Part shown: one piece after another, positions 47,360-56,093 of the stretch
Numbering within the stretch: the first letter of the stretch is position 1
Layout: the number at the start of each line of letters is the position of its first letter
Assembly: GCA_964619725.1 (NCBI GenBank)
Contig: CAZUFC010000004.1
Span: 32,001 to 96,000, forward strand
Direction: 5' to 3'
DNA length: 64,000 bases
From: an uncultured bacterium
Lineage (GTDB): Bacteria; CSSED10-310; CAZUFC01
The notes under the pieces: generated by a model
Told to the model about the DNA's origin: nothing
What the model saw: the letters and a program-made list of their open reading frames with translations, nothing else
The model's database searches: none
Program-made: the position numbers and the translations under genes

Positions 47360-49651
47360 TTAATTCCGGTTGAAGAACTTTTTGAGTTTGGTCAGGTCTT
47401 TTGTAGAGGCGGGATCGTGCGGAGAAGGCTTCCTGGGTTTCCTGGGTTTGCGTTGCTGCTTTTTTGAGGGTTTAGGACGAGTCAGTGATTTCATACTAAG
47501 TGAGATTCTTTTAAGTTCCGGCTTTACTTCCAGAATTTTGACTTTGACGACATCTCCTACTGAGGCAATATTCTGAGGATTCTTTACGAATTCATGAGCC
47601 ATTTCTGAAATATGAACCATCCCGTCCTGATGAACGCCAAGATCGACGAATACTCCAAAATTGGTTACATTTGTTATTCGGCCTTCTAAAATCATACCGG
47701 CTTTCAAATCGTCGATATCCATAAGGTCTGCCCTGTATTCTGGAATTTTGAAATTTTTCCTGGGATCCCTGCCTGGTTTTTTTAATTCTTGTGCAATATC
47801 TCTGATGGTGGGCATACCTGTTTTTTCCGTCACGAAACGTTTTAAATCAAGTTCGTTGATTAATTTATTATTAGCAAGCAACTCCGTAACGGTCGAATTT
47901 GTCACCTTGCAGATGTCATTAACGATTTCATAGGACTCTGGATGTATTCCAGTATTGTCCAGCGGGTTCTCGGCCTCTCTGATCCGAAGGAATCCTGCGG
48001 CGAGCTGGAAAGTTTTCGGTCCCAAACCTTGCACGTTTATAAGTTGAGAGCGGTTTATAAACTTCCCGTTTGTATTTCTGAAATCAACGATGGATGCGGC
48101 GATCGAATCGCTTAATCCTGATACGTACGAAAGCAGACATTTGGATGCTGTGTTTAACTCTACGCCTACGTAATTAACGCAAGATTCGACTACGCTGTCC
48201 AGAGATTTTTTTAAACGTCTCTGATTGACGTCATGCTGGTATTGACCGACGCCGATTGATTTGGGGTCTATTTTAACCAGTTCGGCCAATGGGTCCTGGA
48301 AGCGTCTGGCGATGCTGACGGCCCCCCTGATTCCCGCATCAAGATCGGGCAGTTCTTCTCTGGATACGGCAGAAACTGAATAAACGCTTGCCCCGGCTTC
48401 ATTGACGGTTACTACGGGCGGTTTCGGACCGGAAGACTCGCCATATGCTTTTTTAATGAATATGTCTGTTTCGCGAGAACCTGTTCCGTTCCCCATAACC
48501 AGCGCTTCAGGTTGATACACACCGATGAATTTAGTGAATTCCTTCATAGCTTCAATTTCTTTTTCCTGGCCGGAATGAGGATAAATAATAGTATGCGACA
48601 GATAGCGGCCGGTCTCATCGACTGCTGATAATTTACAGCCCGTTCTCAATCCCGGATCAATGCCGACGACGCGGATGCCTCCGGCATGAGGCGAGAGCAG
48701 GAGTTTTCGAAGATTTTCGGAAAAAACCTTAATGGCTTCGCAATCGGCCCTTTCCTTCAGTTTGGTACGTACGTCGAGTTCGATTTGGGGCAATATTAAT
48801 CTTTTGTAGGAATCTTTAATGATGCCTAGAAGATAACTGCCGACATCCGGATCGGCTGTCGTAAGGAAGACTTCTTCCATGTAATCCATTGATTTTTCAT
48901 GAGGAACCGACAAATGCATTTTCAGGAAGCCTTCCCGGCATCCCCGTCTGATCGCCAGATATCTGTGAGAAGGAATAGATTCTAGAGGTTCGTTGTAATC
49001 AAAGTAATCCTTAAATTTTTTTCCTGCTTCCTTTTTCTCCTCAACAGCTTCCGAAACCACGGCGCCGTCTTTGTAGAAAAGCTCTCTCAGAAAACGTCGC
49101 ACCTCTGCATTTTCAGACATCCATTCAGCGATAATATATCCTGCTCTTTCGAGGGCTTTATTGACGTCCGGCGTTCCTTTTTCTTCGGAAACATATTTTT
49201 CAGCTTCCGACTTCAGATCAATTTGATCTTGTTCGGTCAATATTTTTTTTGCTAGAGGTTCGAGGCCCGCTTTTCTGGCATCTTTAGCCTTGCTTTTCTT
49301 CTTTGGCCGGAATGGGAGATAAAGGTCTTCCAATTCCTGCTTCACGCGGCAATCTTCGATCGACTTTTTCAACAGAGGAGTCAGCAACCCTTTATTCTCA
49401 ATCGTACTTAAAATTTTCTGTTTTCTTTCTTCCAGTTCCTTGAAATAATGGTATCGCGATTCGATGTTACGTATGGTTACTTCATCCATTGATCCCGTCA
49501 TCTCTTTTCGATAGCGAGCAATGAACGGAATTGTAGCGCCTTCATCGAATAAACGGATAAGATTGTCGATGTATTTCCTTTTAGTTTCAAATTCCTGATC
49601 AAGCAATTCGACTGCTTTATTTTCAATATCGGTTAAATTTTCCTTCTCCAT
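47360..49651 (-). CDS. tex: Tex-family RNA-binding transcriptional accessory protein
   Basis: GATIPFIARYRKEMTG, LEDLYLP, GIDPGLRTGCK, NEAGASVYS, IGVGQYQHDV, C-terminal S1 domain. Confidence 0.95.
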   Translation of the reverse strand: MEKENLTDIENKAVELLDQEFETKRKYIDNLIRLFDEGATIPFIARYRKEMTGSMDEVTIRNIESRYHYFKELEERKQKILSTIENKGLLTPLLKKSIEDCRVKQELEDLYLPFRPKKKSKAKDARKAGLEPLAKKILTEQDQIDLKSEAEKYVSEEKGTPDVNKALERAGYIIAEWMSENAEVRRFLRELFYKDGAVVSEAVEEKKEAGKKFKDYFDYNEPLESIPSHRYLAIRRGCREGFLKMHLSVPHEKSMDYMEEVFLTTADPDVGSYLLGIIKDSYKRLILPQIELDVRTKLKERADCEAIKVFSENLRKLLLSPHAGGIRVVGIDPGLRTGCKLSAVDETGRYLSHTIIYPHSGQEKEIEAMKEFTKFIGVYQPEALVMGNGTGSRETDIFIKKAYGESSGPKPPVVTVNEAGASVYSVSAVSREELPDLDAGIRGAVSIARRFQDPLAELVKIDPKSIGVGQYQHDVNQRRLKKSLDSVVESCVNYVGVELNTASKCLLSYVSGLSDSIAASIVDFRNTNGKFINRSQLINVQGLGPKTFQLAAGFLRIREAENPLDNTGIHPESYEIVNDICKVTNSTVTELLANNKLINELDLKRFVTEKTGMPTIRDIAQELKKPGRDPRKNFKIPEYRADLMDIDDLKAGMILEGRITNVTNFGVFVDLGVHQDGMVHISEMAHEFVKNPQNIASVGDVVKVKILEVKPELKRISLSMKSLTRPKPSKKQQRKPRKPRKPSPHDPASTKDLTKLKKFFNRN

Positions 49652-49729
49652 GCGGTTTATCCTCATCTCCCATGAACGTTATCAGAAAATACAATTGGCA
49701 TCGGGAAGACTGTTATCCCGATGAAGATT

Positions 49730-49756
49730 GAAGGTAGCAATTCACCTTCTTTTTTT
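49730..49756 (+). terminator. Intrinsic terminator-like hairpin on the strand antisense to tex
   Basis: GAAGGT-N8-ACCTTC followed by T7. Confidence 0.45.
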
Positions 49757-49770
49757 CAAGCCCGCATTTG

Positions 49771-49948
49771 AAATTTCCGAGGTTCCGGCAATGAGCCTGA
49801 TTTTTAAAGGTAATTCCCGGGTTAAAAGTCGTCGAGTCACCCGCATTTACCGAACGATGCCTTTACTGAAACCTGTTGAAACAGGTAAAGCCGGGAAGCG
49901 CGGTTCAGCCCGGTTTGATTATTATCCTCTGCCTGGACTTGGAAATTT
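49771..49948. other. Multi-hairpin structured intergenic element (candidate ncRNA)
   Basis: Closing stem 49771-49790 / 49930-49948 encloses three hairpins (49809-49851, 49871-49886, 49888-49916). Confidence 0.4.
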
Positions 49949-49986
49949 ACAGTCAATCGGCAGATTGAACTTCAGGGCACATTTCA

Positions 49987-50016
49987 TTGACATGGGGATT
50001 GAGGAGAGTATATAAA
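49987..50016 (+). promoter_or_regulatory. Putative sigma70 promoter of the M16-tsa operon
   Basis: TTGACA-N16-TATATA or N18-TATAAA. Confidence 0.5.
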
Positions 50017-50050
50017 GATCATTCGGCCAAGGACGTGCACTCCTCGCTTT

Positions 50051-52774
50051 ATGGATCGAATGATGAAAAAATGGGAAATTTCAAATAATTACGGTTTGCT
50101 GCAAAACGTCAAAAAAATGCGTCTGAAGAATGGCTTGCAAGTGATAACAAAAGAGGATTTTTCATCTCCTTTAGTCGCTGTTTTTTTGACTTATAACGTG
50201 GGATCGAAAGATGAAAAACCTGGCTTAACCGGTGTTTCGCATTTTATTGAACACATGATGTTCAAAGGAAGTAAAAATTTCAGACCGGGAGAGATCGACA
50301 GAATAACGCAGGAGTACGGCGGATACAATAATGCCATGACCTCGCCGGATTTCACGACTTATTTTTTCTCTTTCGTTTCTGACGGATGGAAAAAAGCCCT
50401 TGAAATCGAATCGGACAGAATGGTGAATTGCCTTTTCGATCCGTTGGAGTTTCAAAGAGAAAGGCGCGTCATAATTGAAGAGTCGCTTATGTACCGGAAC
50501 TATCCAGTAAATACGCTTTACGAAAAGGTACATCAAAAAGCGTTTCTTGAAAATCCGTACAGAAATCCCGTGATCGGCCAGCTTGGTGATCTGCAGAATC
50601 TTGAATACAAAGATTTGTTTGAATTCTACAGACAAAAATATGTCCCGTCGAACGCTCTAATGGTGGTCGCCGGAAATGCCCTTCATACTGAAATAATGGA
50701 GACTGCTGAAAAATATTTCGGCACGCTTCCTTCTGGAAATGTAAAAGAAACGAAATTTCCGCAGGAACCCGATCAAAATAGAGAGCGATGCGTTACCATT
50801 AAAAAAGATGTGCAGATTCCGATTATTCATCTGGCATACAAAGCGCCTCGAGCCTTCAGTGATGATTTTCCGGCTTTGACGCTTTTGTCTTTCATTTTCT
50901 CTGAGGGAAAAAGTTCTGTGTTGTCGAAGATGCTGATTGAGGAGAAACAATCGGCATCTTCATTATTTACTCAGTACAGGGCTTCCTATCTGGACTCTCT
51001 TTTTGACGTTGTAATTTCAATTCATCCGGAAATCGACTACAGAGAGGTGATCCGGGCTTTCGATGATACTGTAAGGACATTAGCTGTTGATTTAAAGGAT
51101 TCGATCGTGGAAAAGGCTAAACATCAGATGGAGGCTGATTTTGTAAAATCGCATGAAAGAATCGAAGATCAGGCCGCTATGCTCGGAGAATGGGAATTGC
51201 TGGGGGGCATTGAAAACATCCCGGATTTCATTAATCAATTAAAATCATTGACTGCCAGAGACATAAGGGCTGTTATACGCAAGTACTTCAAAAAGAAAAA
51301 CCGGGTACGAGGAGTTTTGTTGCCTGAGAAGGCATCTCACAGGAAAACCGTCAGAAAAAAAGGCCCCTTCCGTGGGATCGTTTCCTACCCGGCTGATTCT
51401 GTAACACTGGATTCCCAAAAGAAAATTCAAGTTAAAAATGAAACGCCAGTCTCCTTTAATAACTTCCGAAAATTCAAAATTCTCAAACCGGATCAATTTA
51501 CCCTTGATAACGGGTTAAAAGTCGTTACGCTGCATAGACCTGCCCTGCCGCTCATTACTTTAAAATTGCTCATGAATTTCGGCTCAGTCCTGGAACCCGA
51601 CGACAAATCGGGACTGGCCTATATGACTGCACGGATGTTAAAAGAGGGAACGATAAACAGGAATGCAATGGAAACTGCCGAAGCTCTGGAAAGAGTGGGC
51701 GCCGATTTAAGCGCTCGCTCCGGCGCTCTGACTACACAAATTTCCCTTGAATCTCTTTCCAAGGATTTTGAATTAGGAATTGAAATTATCCTGGATATTT
51801 TACAGAATCCTGTTTTTGATGAAGATGAACTGATTCACGAAAAGCAACTGGTTACAGACTCGATTAAAGGCAAGTTGGATTCTCCCAAGCATGTGGCATC
51901 TAGCTGGTTCAGAAGGCTTATTTATAGAGGTCATCCTCTAAGCAGAGCGGTCGAAGGAGAAATTCAAACCGTCGAAGGCCTGACGAAATCAGATTTGATT
52001 GAATTTCATTCAACTTTTTACAGACCCGACAATGCCTTTCTCGTGATTGTCGGAAACCTGGATAAAGGAAAGGAATATATTAATTTATTAAAAAAACTCG
52101 AATCCTGGACCGCTTCCGGGGTTACTGCCGCTCCGCCGCCCGAAGTCAGGACGGAAAGGAATTCATCCATCAAATGCATCGAAATGGATAAGGAGCAATT
52201 AAATATTTTCATGGGGCATCTGGGTATAAAAAGGAATTCACCTTATTACACTCCTTTGTTTTTAATGGACAACATACTCGGCTGGTCTTCGGGGCTGACC
52301 GACAGAATAAATTCCAGGCTAAGAGAAACTGAAGGGCTGGCGTATGATGTCTACTCCCACATTACGGTTACCGCTTCAAAAGCGCCGGGAGTGTTTCAGG
52401 CTTTTATCGGCACATCTCCCGAAAATGCTTCAGTTGCAATAAAAGGAATAAAAGAAGAAATTCGAAATATCAGAAGAAATCCAGTCAATAATGATGAACT
52501 CACACGCGTAAAAAATTATAAGCTTGGGACTTATCTCACTAATTTTGAGACAAATGGGGACGTAGCCAATTATCTGCTCGACGTTCTTTATTATAATCGT
52601 TCATGGGATTACAGAATCCAGTTCGTGGAGCGCATGAAATCTGTGACTCCGGAAGAGATACAGGAAGCTGCGCAAATATGCCTGGACGAGGACAACCATG
52701 TTATAGTCATGGCAGGTCCGATTCCTCCGGAATTCAAAAATGAAGTACACCGGGACATCAATTTAGATATATAA
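50051..52774 (+). CDS. M16 (pitrilysin-type) zinc peptidase, fused active and inactive halves
   Basis: SHFIEHMMFKG (HxxEH), NAMTSPDFT, ESDRM; the second half lacks the Zn motif; RLRETEGLAY. Confidence 0.92.
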   Translation: MDRMMKKWEISNNYGLLQNVKKMRLKNGLQVITKEDFSSPLVAVFLTYNVGSKDEKPGLTGVSHFIEHMMFKGSKNFRPGEIDRITQEYGGYNNAMTSPDFTTYFFSFVSDGWKKALEIESDRMVNCLFDPLEFQRERRVIIEESLMYRNYPVNTLYEKVHQKAFLENPYRNPVIGQLGDLQNLEYKDLFEFYRQKYVPSNALMVVAGNALHTEIMETAEKYFGTLPSGNVKETKFPQEPDQNRERCVTIKKDVQIPIIHLAYKAPRAFSDDFPALTLLSFIFSEGKSSVLSKMLIEEKQSASSLFTQYRASYLDSLFDVVISIHPEIDYREVIRAFDDTVRTLAVDLKDSIVEKAKHQMEADFVKSHERIEDQAAMLGEWELLGGIENIPDFINQLKSLTARDIRAVIRKYFKKKNRVRGVLLPEKASHRKTVRKKGPFRGIVSYPADSVTLDSQKKIQVKNETPVSFNNFRKFKILKPDQFTLDNGLKVVTLHRPALPLITLKLLMNFGSVLEPDDKSGLAYMTARMLKEGTINRNAMETAEALERVGADLSARSGALTTQISLESLSKDFELGIEIILDILQNPVFDEDELIHEKQLVTDSIKGKLDSPKHVASSWFRRLIYRGHPLSRAVEGEIQTVEGLTKSDLIEFHSTFYRPDNAFLVIVGNLDKGKEYINLLKKLESWTASGVTAAPPPEVRTERNSSIKCIEMDKEQLNIFMGHLGIKRNSPYYTPLFLMDNILGWSSGLTDRINSRLRETEGLAYDVYSHITVTASKAPGVFQAFIGTSPENASVAIKGIKEEIRNIRRNPVNNDELTRVKNYKLGTYLTNFETNGDVANYLLDVLYYNRSWDYRIQFVERMKSVTPEEIQEAAQICLDEDNHVIVMAGPIPPEFKNEVHRDINLDI

Positions 52775-52791
52775 ATTTAAAGGAGAGAGAA

Positions 52792-53907
52792 TTGAAAACA
52801 GTCGTACCGTTTATCGATCTTAAGAGCCAGTATGAAACTTTAAAATCGGAAATATGGGACTCATGGCAAAAGATTCTGGAAAACACGGATTTCATATTAG
52901 GGGAAGAGGTAAAAAAATTCGAGGAGGAATTTTCGGAATATCTGGATATCGAAAGAGGAATAGGAGTCGCCTCCGGGACTGATGCAATACATTTAGCTTT
53001 AAGGGCAATGGGAATAGGGGAGAATGCCGAGGTCATTCTGCAAGCGAATACATTCATTGCCACGGCTTTTGCTGTTTCTCAGGCCGGAGCCGTTCCCGTA
53101 TTCGTCGATGTGAATCCGGAAACGCTTCAGATAGAACCGGATAGAGTAAAGGAGGCAATAAGCCCTCGAACGAAGGCGATAATACCGGTTCATCTCTTTG
53201 GCATGACGGCGCCGGTACAAGAAATATTAAACATCGCCGATCATTATGGTCTTTCTGTCATTGAAGATGCCTGTCAATCACATGGAGCGGAAATGAACGG
53301 TAAAAAAGCGGGTTCTTTCGCCCAGCTCGCCGCATTCAGTTTTTATCCGGGGAAAAACCTGGGAGCATACGGCGATGCGGGTTTCGTTGCCGTAAATGAC
53401 GGCGAATTGGGCAAACGTATAGAAATGTTAAGGAATTACGGCCAGGCGGAAAAGTTCAATCATCTGCATAAAGGGTTCAACAGCCGTTTGGATACGCTGC
53501 AGGCTGCTGTATTAAGAATCAAACTGAGGAGACTTGAAGAGTGGAATGTAAACAGAAGAAAAGTCGCTGATTATTATCGGGAACGCTTGAAAAATACGAA
53601 TGTAAAGCTGACCAAAGTTCCTGAAAATTGTACTCCCGTTTATCATTTGTACATCGTTCGAGTTTCTTCTCGAGACAAGATCAGGGAGGGGCTGAATGCA
53701 TCGGGAATTCAAACGGGGTTGCATTATCCGTGCCCGATACATCTGCAGCCGTGTTACAGTGAGCTGGGCTATAAAAAGGGTGATTTCCCTGTTGCGGAAG
53801 AAGCCGCCGAACAGATGATCTCTTTGCCTGTTTTTCCTGAAATGACTGAGGAGCAGGTTGATTATACAACGAGTAAATTGTTGGAATTAATTTCTGAAAC
53901 GGCATAA
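52792..53907 (+). CDS. DegT/DnrJ/EryC1/StrS sugar aminotransferase
   Basis: SGTDA, IIPVHLFG, EDACQSHG, SFYPGKNLGAYGDAG, NSRLDTLQAA. TTG start after AAGGAG. Confidence 0.95.
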   Translation: MKTVVPFIDLKSQYETLKSEIWDSWQKILENTDFILGEEVKKFEEEFSEYLDIERGIGVASGTDAIHLALRAMGIGENAEVILQANTFIATAFAVSQAGAVPVFVDVNPETLQIEPDRVKEAISPRTKAIIPVHLFGMTAPVQEILNIADHYGLSVIEDACQSHGAEMNGKKAGSFAQLAAFSFYPGKNLGAYGDAGFVAVNDGELGKRIEMLRNYGQAEKFNHLHKGFNSRLDTLQAAVLRIKLRRLEEWNVNRRKVADYYRERLKNTNVKLTKVPENCTPVYHLYIVRVSSRDKIREGLNASGIQTGLHYPCPIHLQPCYSELGYKKGDFPVAEEAAEQMISLPVFPEMTEEQVDYTTSKLLELISETA

Positions 53908-53918
53908 GAGGTGATGCA

Positions 53919-54938
53919 ATGATAAAAACCGCTATTATAGGATTGGGTCCCTGGGGATGTAATTATCTTAGAATATTCAGCAAATCATCTGCAGCCCGGT
54001 TGGTCGGCGTTGCTGATTTGCGCCCTGATCGTCTTGCCTGGGCCAGAGAAAATTATCCGGAAATTCCGGTTTATCAATCCAGCGATGATTTACTGGACAA
54101 GGAAAAAATTGATGCCGCCGTGATCTCTGTACAGGCTGAAGCTCATTATCCAATAATAAAAAAATCACTGGCGATGGGGCTGGATGTGCTTGCTGAAAAA
54201 CCCATGACCATAAAAACGGAACAGGCGAGGGAGTTGTTGAATCTGGCTGAGGAGAAAAATTCCATTCTCATGGTCGGTCATACCTTCATGTTCAATGACG
54301 CTGTTCGCAAAATGAAAGAATTTATTCAGAACGGAAGGATCGGAGATATTTATTACATGCATGCCGTAAGAACTCATCTCGGACCGATCAGAGAGGACGT
54401 CAATGCCGTTTGGGACCTGGCTGCTCATGATATTTCAATTTTTCATTACTTTCTGGATCATTTGCCGATAAGCGTGAGCGCTGTTGGAGAAGGTTTTCTG
54501 AAAAAGGAACGGGCGGATGTGGCCTTTATAACATTGAAGTATCCCGGGGGAGTCATTGGAAATATTCACGTCAGCTGGATCAATTCTAATAAAGTCCGTG
54601 AAGTCACTGTAGTGGGAAGCAAAGGTCGAATCGTCTTTGATGATTTGGATAATCTTGAAAAAATACGGATATTTGAGAAAGGAATATCAATCAATAAATC
54701 AGTGGACAATTTCGGCGAATTTCAGTATTTGTTGAGAGACGGGGACATTGTGAGTCCCAAGCTGGAGCTGAAAGAACCCTTGAAGAATCAATGTTCAGAA
54801 TTTATTCGAGCCGTTCAGAGCAGAAAGTCTCCTATTTCAGACGGTCGAATAGGGCTGATGGTGGTGGATGTGCTTCAGGCGGTCGAGGAATCGCTGAAAA
54901 ACGACGGTTGCCCTGTTGCTCCGAGCGTAACGCGCTGA
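53919..54938 (+). CDS. Gfo/Idh/MocA oxidoreductase (nucleotide-sugar 3-dehydrogenase-like)
   Basis: IIGLGPWG, VLAEKP, MVGH, WDLAAHD, HVSW. Confidence 0.92.
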   Translation: MIKTAIIGLGPWGCNYLRIFSKSSAARLVGVADLRPDRLAWARENYPEIPVYQSSDDLLDKEKIDAAVISVQAEAHYPIIKKSLAMGLDVLAEKPMTIKTEQARELLNLAEEKNSILMVGHTFMFNDAVRKMKEFIQNGRIGDIYYMHAVRTHLGPIREDVNAVWDLAAHDISIFHYFLDHLPISVSAVGEGFLKKERADVAFITLKYPGGVIGNIHVSWINSNKVREVTVVGSKGRIVFDDLDNLEKIRIFEKGISINKSVDNFGEFQYLLRDGDIVSPKLELKEPLKNQCSEFIRAVQSRKSPISDGRIGLMVVDVLQAVEESLKNDGCPVAPSVTR

Positions 54939-54941
54939 GGA

Positions 54942-56093
54942 ATGAAAGTAATGAGAGCCGAAAAAAGCGAATGGCCGGTTAATATTGACTGCCGGTGGTA
55001 TATAGGAGAAAAGCCCTGCAGATTCCAAAGGCATTGTCGGGATTGCCCTCATTATTCGCCTATGGGCCTCAGGATAGTCATAATCAAATTCGGAGCGATG
55101 GGAGATGCATTAAGAACTACGCCTATCCTCAGAGTAATCAGGGAAAAATATGATTCCGTGTATGTAACCTGGATTACCGATCAAATTTCTTCTCCCCTGC
55201 TTAAAAATAATCCTCTGATCGACAGGCTGCTGGTTCATAATCTTGAGACCAGTTTGCTGATGCAGGTTGAAACTTTCGATAAATTGTACAATTTCGACAA
55301 GGTTCCTGCAGCGCTCGCTCTAGCTGAAATTATCAACGCGAAGGAAAAATTGGGATTTAAACTGAGTTCTGTCGGCACACTGGATATTTACAATCCCGAT
55401 TCGGAGTATTCCTTGAGATTGGGTATTGATGATCCGTTGAAGTTTTACCAAAATGAAAAGACCTATCAGGAAATAATCTTTGAAATGGCGGGGATGAATT
55501 ATAATCGGGAGGAATACGTTTACGAATTATCGCAAGAGGATCGGCTTTACGCGGATGACTTCTTCAAAAGGCTTGGAATCTGTCCTGATGAGATGGTCAT
55601 TGGGTTTAATACTGGATGCGGACCGGTTTTCGCTACGAAAAAATGGACGGAATCCGGCTTTATCGAGCTGGCTAAAATGATAAAAGAGGATTTTGACGTT
55701 AAAATACTGGTTCTGGGCGGACCGGATGAAGCTGAGAGGAACGAAAGAATCTCATCAGCCGTACCTGAGCTGGTCATCAATGCGGGAACGAATCATCCTA
55801 TCAAAAAGTTTTCTGCCATCGTGGAAAAATGTGATCTGCTCATTACCGGCGACACCGTAGCCATGCATTTGGCCATCGCATTAAAAACCGATGTTATCGG
55901 ATTATTCGGTCCGACTTGTCCTCAGGAAATCGATCTTTATGGGAGAGGGGAGATACTTTTCACAGACTTCGAATGTGCTCCCTGTTATAAGAAAATATGT
56001 CATCATCACGTAAGTTGCATGGAAAATTTAACGGCAGAACAGGTATACAAAGCTGTGTTGAGAAATCTTTCAGCCAGGCGAAGAATTCGATAG
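54942..56093 (+). CDS. Glycosyltransferase family 9 (heptosyltransferase-like)
   Basis: IKFGAMGDAL.TTP, KKW, GGPDE, TGDT..MHLA.A, LFGPT, CAPC. Confidence 0.9.
   Translation: MKVMRAEKSEWPVNIDCRWYIGEKPCRFQRHCRDCPHYSPMGLRIVIIKFGAMGDALRTTPILRVIREKYDSVYVTWITDQISSPLLKNNPLIDRLLVHNLETSLLMQVETFDKLYNFDKVPAALALAEIINAKEKLGFKLSSVGTLDIYNPDSEYSLRLGIDDPLKFYQNEKTYQEIIFEMAGMNYNREEYVYELSQEDRLYADDFFKRLGICPDEMVIGFNTGCGPVFATKKWTESGFIELAKMIKEDFDVKILVLGGPDEAERNERISSAVPELVINAGTNHPIKKFSAIVEKCDLLITGDTVAMHLAIALKTDVIGLFGPTCPQEIDLYGRGEILFTDFECAPCYKKICHHHVSCMENLTAEQVYKAVLRNLSARRRIR

Noticed and set aside
47430-47447. Tandem 9-bp repeat TTCCTGGGT
   Set aside because: It only encodes the low-complexity KPRKPRKP tail of Tex.
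49728-50015. 95-aa plus-strand ORF in the tex/M16 intergenic region
   Set aside because: TTG start without RBS; it runs through a terminator, hairpins and a promoter.
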